This document shows positions 62,274-64,000 of a DNA stretch of 64,000 nt, piece after piece (the stretch's first letter is position 1; each line of letters starts with the position of its first letter). The notes below the pieces were generated by a model, which was not told where the DNA came from, did not search any database, and saw only the letters and a program-made list of their open reading frames with translations. The DNA comes from Mobula hypostoma (Eukaryota): NCBI RefSeq assembly GCF_963921235.1, contig NC_086097.1, positions 107,200,001 to 107,264,000 of the forward strand, in the 5' to 3' direction. The translations under genes and the position numbers were made by a program.

Positions 62274-64000
62274 AGCAATGGTCAGGATTATGGAGGAAAA
62301 CACCCTGGGTGAATATAAGTGGACAGCATTTGACTGTTAGGTGTTCAAGGTCAGGGAAACATGAGTTAGACAAAACTGCCACACTGGAGAACCACTGAGA
62401 GTTTATCATGAAACACGCATCTCCACCTTTTCAGAATGCCTTTTCTGAATCAGCATTTTGGTGCATTCGATAAATCAAGAAGCCTTGGGGTCTGACTACA
62501 GTATCTGGCATGCCGTGAGAAAGCCATGTCTCACTCAGACATAGAACAGAGCTATCTCTCACCTCCCAGTCTTGTCCTCAGGCCCTCAGTTTTGATCTCC
62601 AGTGATTATACATTTGCTGACAAGATGCTGGGTAGAGGAGACCTCATCCGTCTACTTTTCCGCCTGGCTTGGAGTCTTCCCAACCCCCACCCCCCCAACC
62701 CGCCTCACTTCTGGCCATGGCAATGAACCTTCACCTGTTTAAAGGTTCCGTACCTGCCTGAACATCATGCAATCCATAGATCATTAAGTTGATTTAAAAG
62801 TACATTGCTTAAAGGGAAATTACATGCTGCAGATTGCAGTGAGAGTAATTCAGAAGAGGGATATGTTTACATAGCCTGCAGAACGACACAGTGGTTCACT
62901 GGCGCTATCTTGTTTAAAACTGTGCTAGTTGAGAATCTAGAAGCCTGGGATATGCCTATAGAGCTGGCAATTATGAGATTTTCCTTCCAGTAGAATCAGA
63001 GAGTATACAGCACTGACACAGACCCTTAATCCCACCCTCCCATCAGACACCCAGCATTTCCATTTACAAACATTTAGCAATTTAAGTGGTCATTCAAATA
63101 TTTCTTTATTGTTGAAGTACCTGCTTTCTCCACTGCTTTTTCCACTCACTCAAGTACTGTCATCCAGATTCTAGCCACCTTCTGGCTGAAAATTCCTCCC
63201 TCAGCTTCTTGATATATTTTTTTAGAAATATTATTAATATCCAGACACTTCCTAACTTTGTACCCCATCACGAAATCTCACTTCTATCTCCTCTATTCCA
63301 AAGGGGTGAGCCCTATCTTATTCAGCTTTTCCTCATACACACAATTTTCCAGTCGCGTCAACAATAGCTTTAGTGATAGGTAGAGAAGGGAGTGATGGGT
63401 GTCTGTATAATTTTCACCGGAAGTCTGTAACAAGTGATGTACCACAGGGATCGATACTAATACCTTTGATATTTGTGTAATCCTCTCACTGTAGCTCGTA
63501 ACAAACTTGGGTCATTAGCTAACTCTGCTAACAGCCACATGACTCGGTGTTGCATGGGTAATGGTGAGAAGGTCACCCTTAATAAGCAACACATGTCCGA
63601 TTTGGGTGCAACCTAACAGGAAAGTGGTAATGTTCCGATGAAAGAATGAAAATTGTGATAAGTACTGTGTAAATACTGCTCCATACAAAATGATCATTCA
63701 CCAGGAAATAACAGATTATACACCAGAATAAAATTACATGGAAGTATATTTACCAAAATTTCAATTTTAACAAACAATTAACAGAGAAAAGGACAAAGAA
63801 AAAAAGGCCCGTTACAGTTAAACCTGTCTAAATGTGCACAGAAACATTGGAGCACGTTTCTGTAGTTTTTGGCTGAATCGTTTTACTCATGGTGCTGAGC
63901 TCCCATCACCAGCCACAGGTTGAACTTTCCTTAAAGAACATCACAAACAAACTGGCTAACTCAGAAATTTTGGCACTTTCTTCTTGAAACCGTTCGTCCA

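Overview
Eukaryotic, repeat-dominated window, most likely from a cartilaginous fish (ray/shark). This is inferred from HER1/CR1-type LINEs, Neptune-type Penelope-like elements, and V-SINE- and DeuSINE-like repeats. No host protein-coding gene can be named, and nearly all long ORFs are retroelement RT/endonuclease pieces or their antisense shadows. Contents: several CR1 subfamilies (one young family in four near-identical copies), many Rex1/Babar LINEs plus short non-autonomous derivatives, Penelope-like elements with inverted arms and minimal hammerhead ribozymes, two hAT-Charlie elements, and a Tc1 end closely resembling the Sleeping Beauty IR/DR and transposase C-terminus. A repeat-poor stretch at ~40.5-45.7 kb looks like a 3' UTR. 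The most striking observation is a complete HDV-like ribozyme fold (36229-36413) that starts at the apparent 5' boundary of a ~0.5 kb non-coding mobile element and has an atypical hairpin in L3. Family assignments and comparisons to known elements come from motif recognition and memory, not database searches, and many boundaries are approximate.
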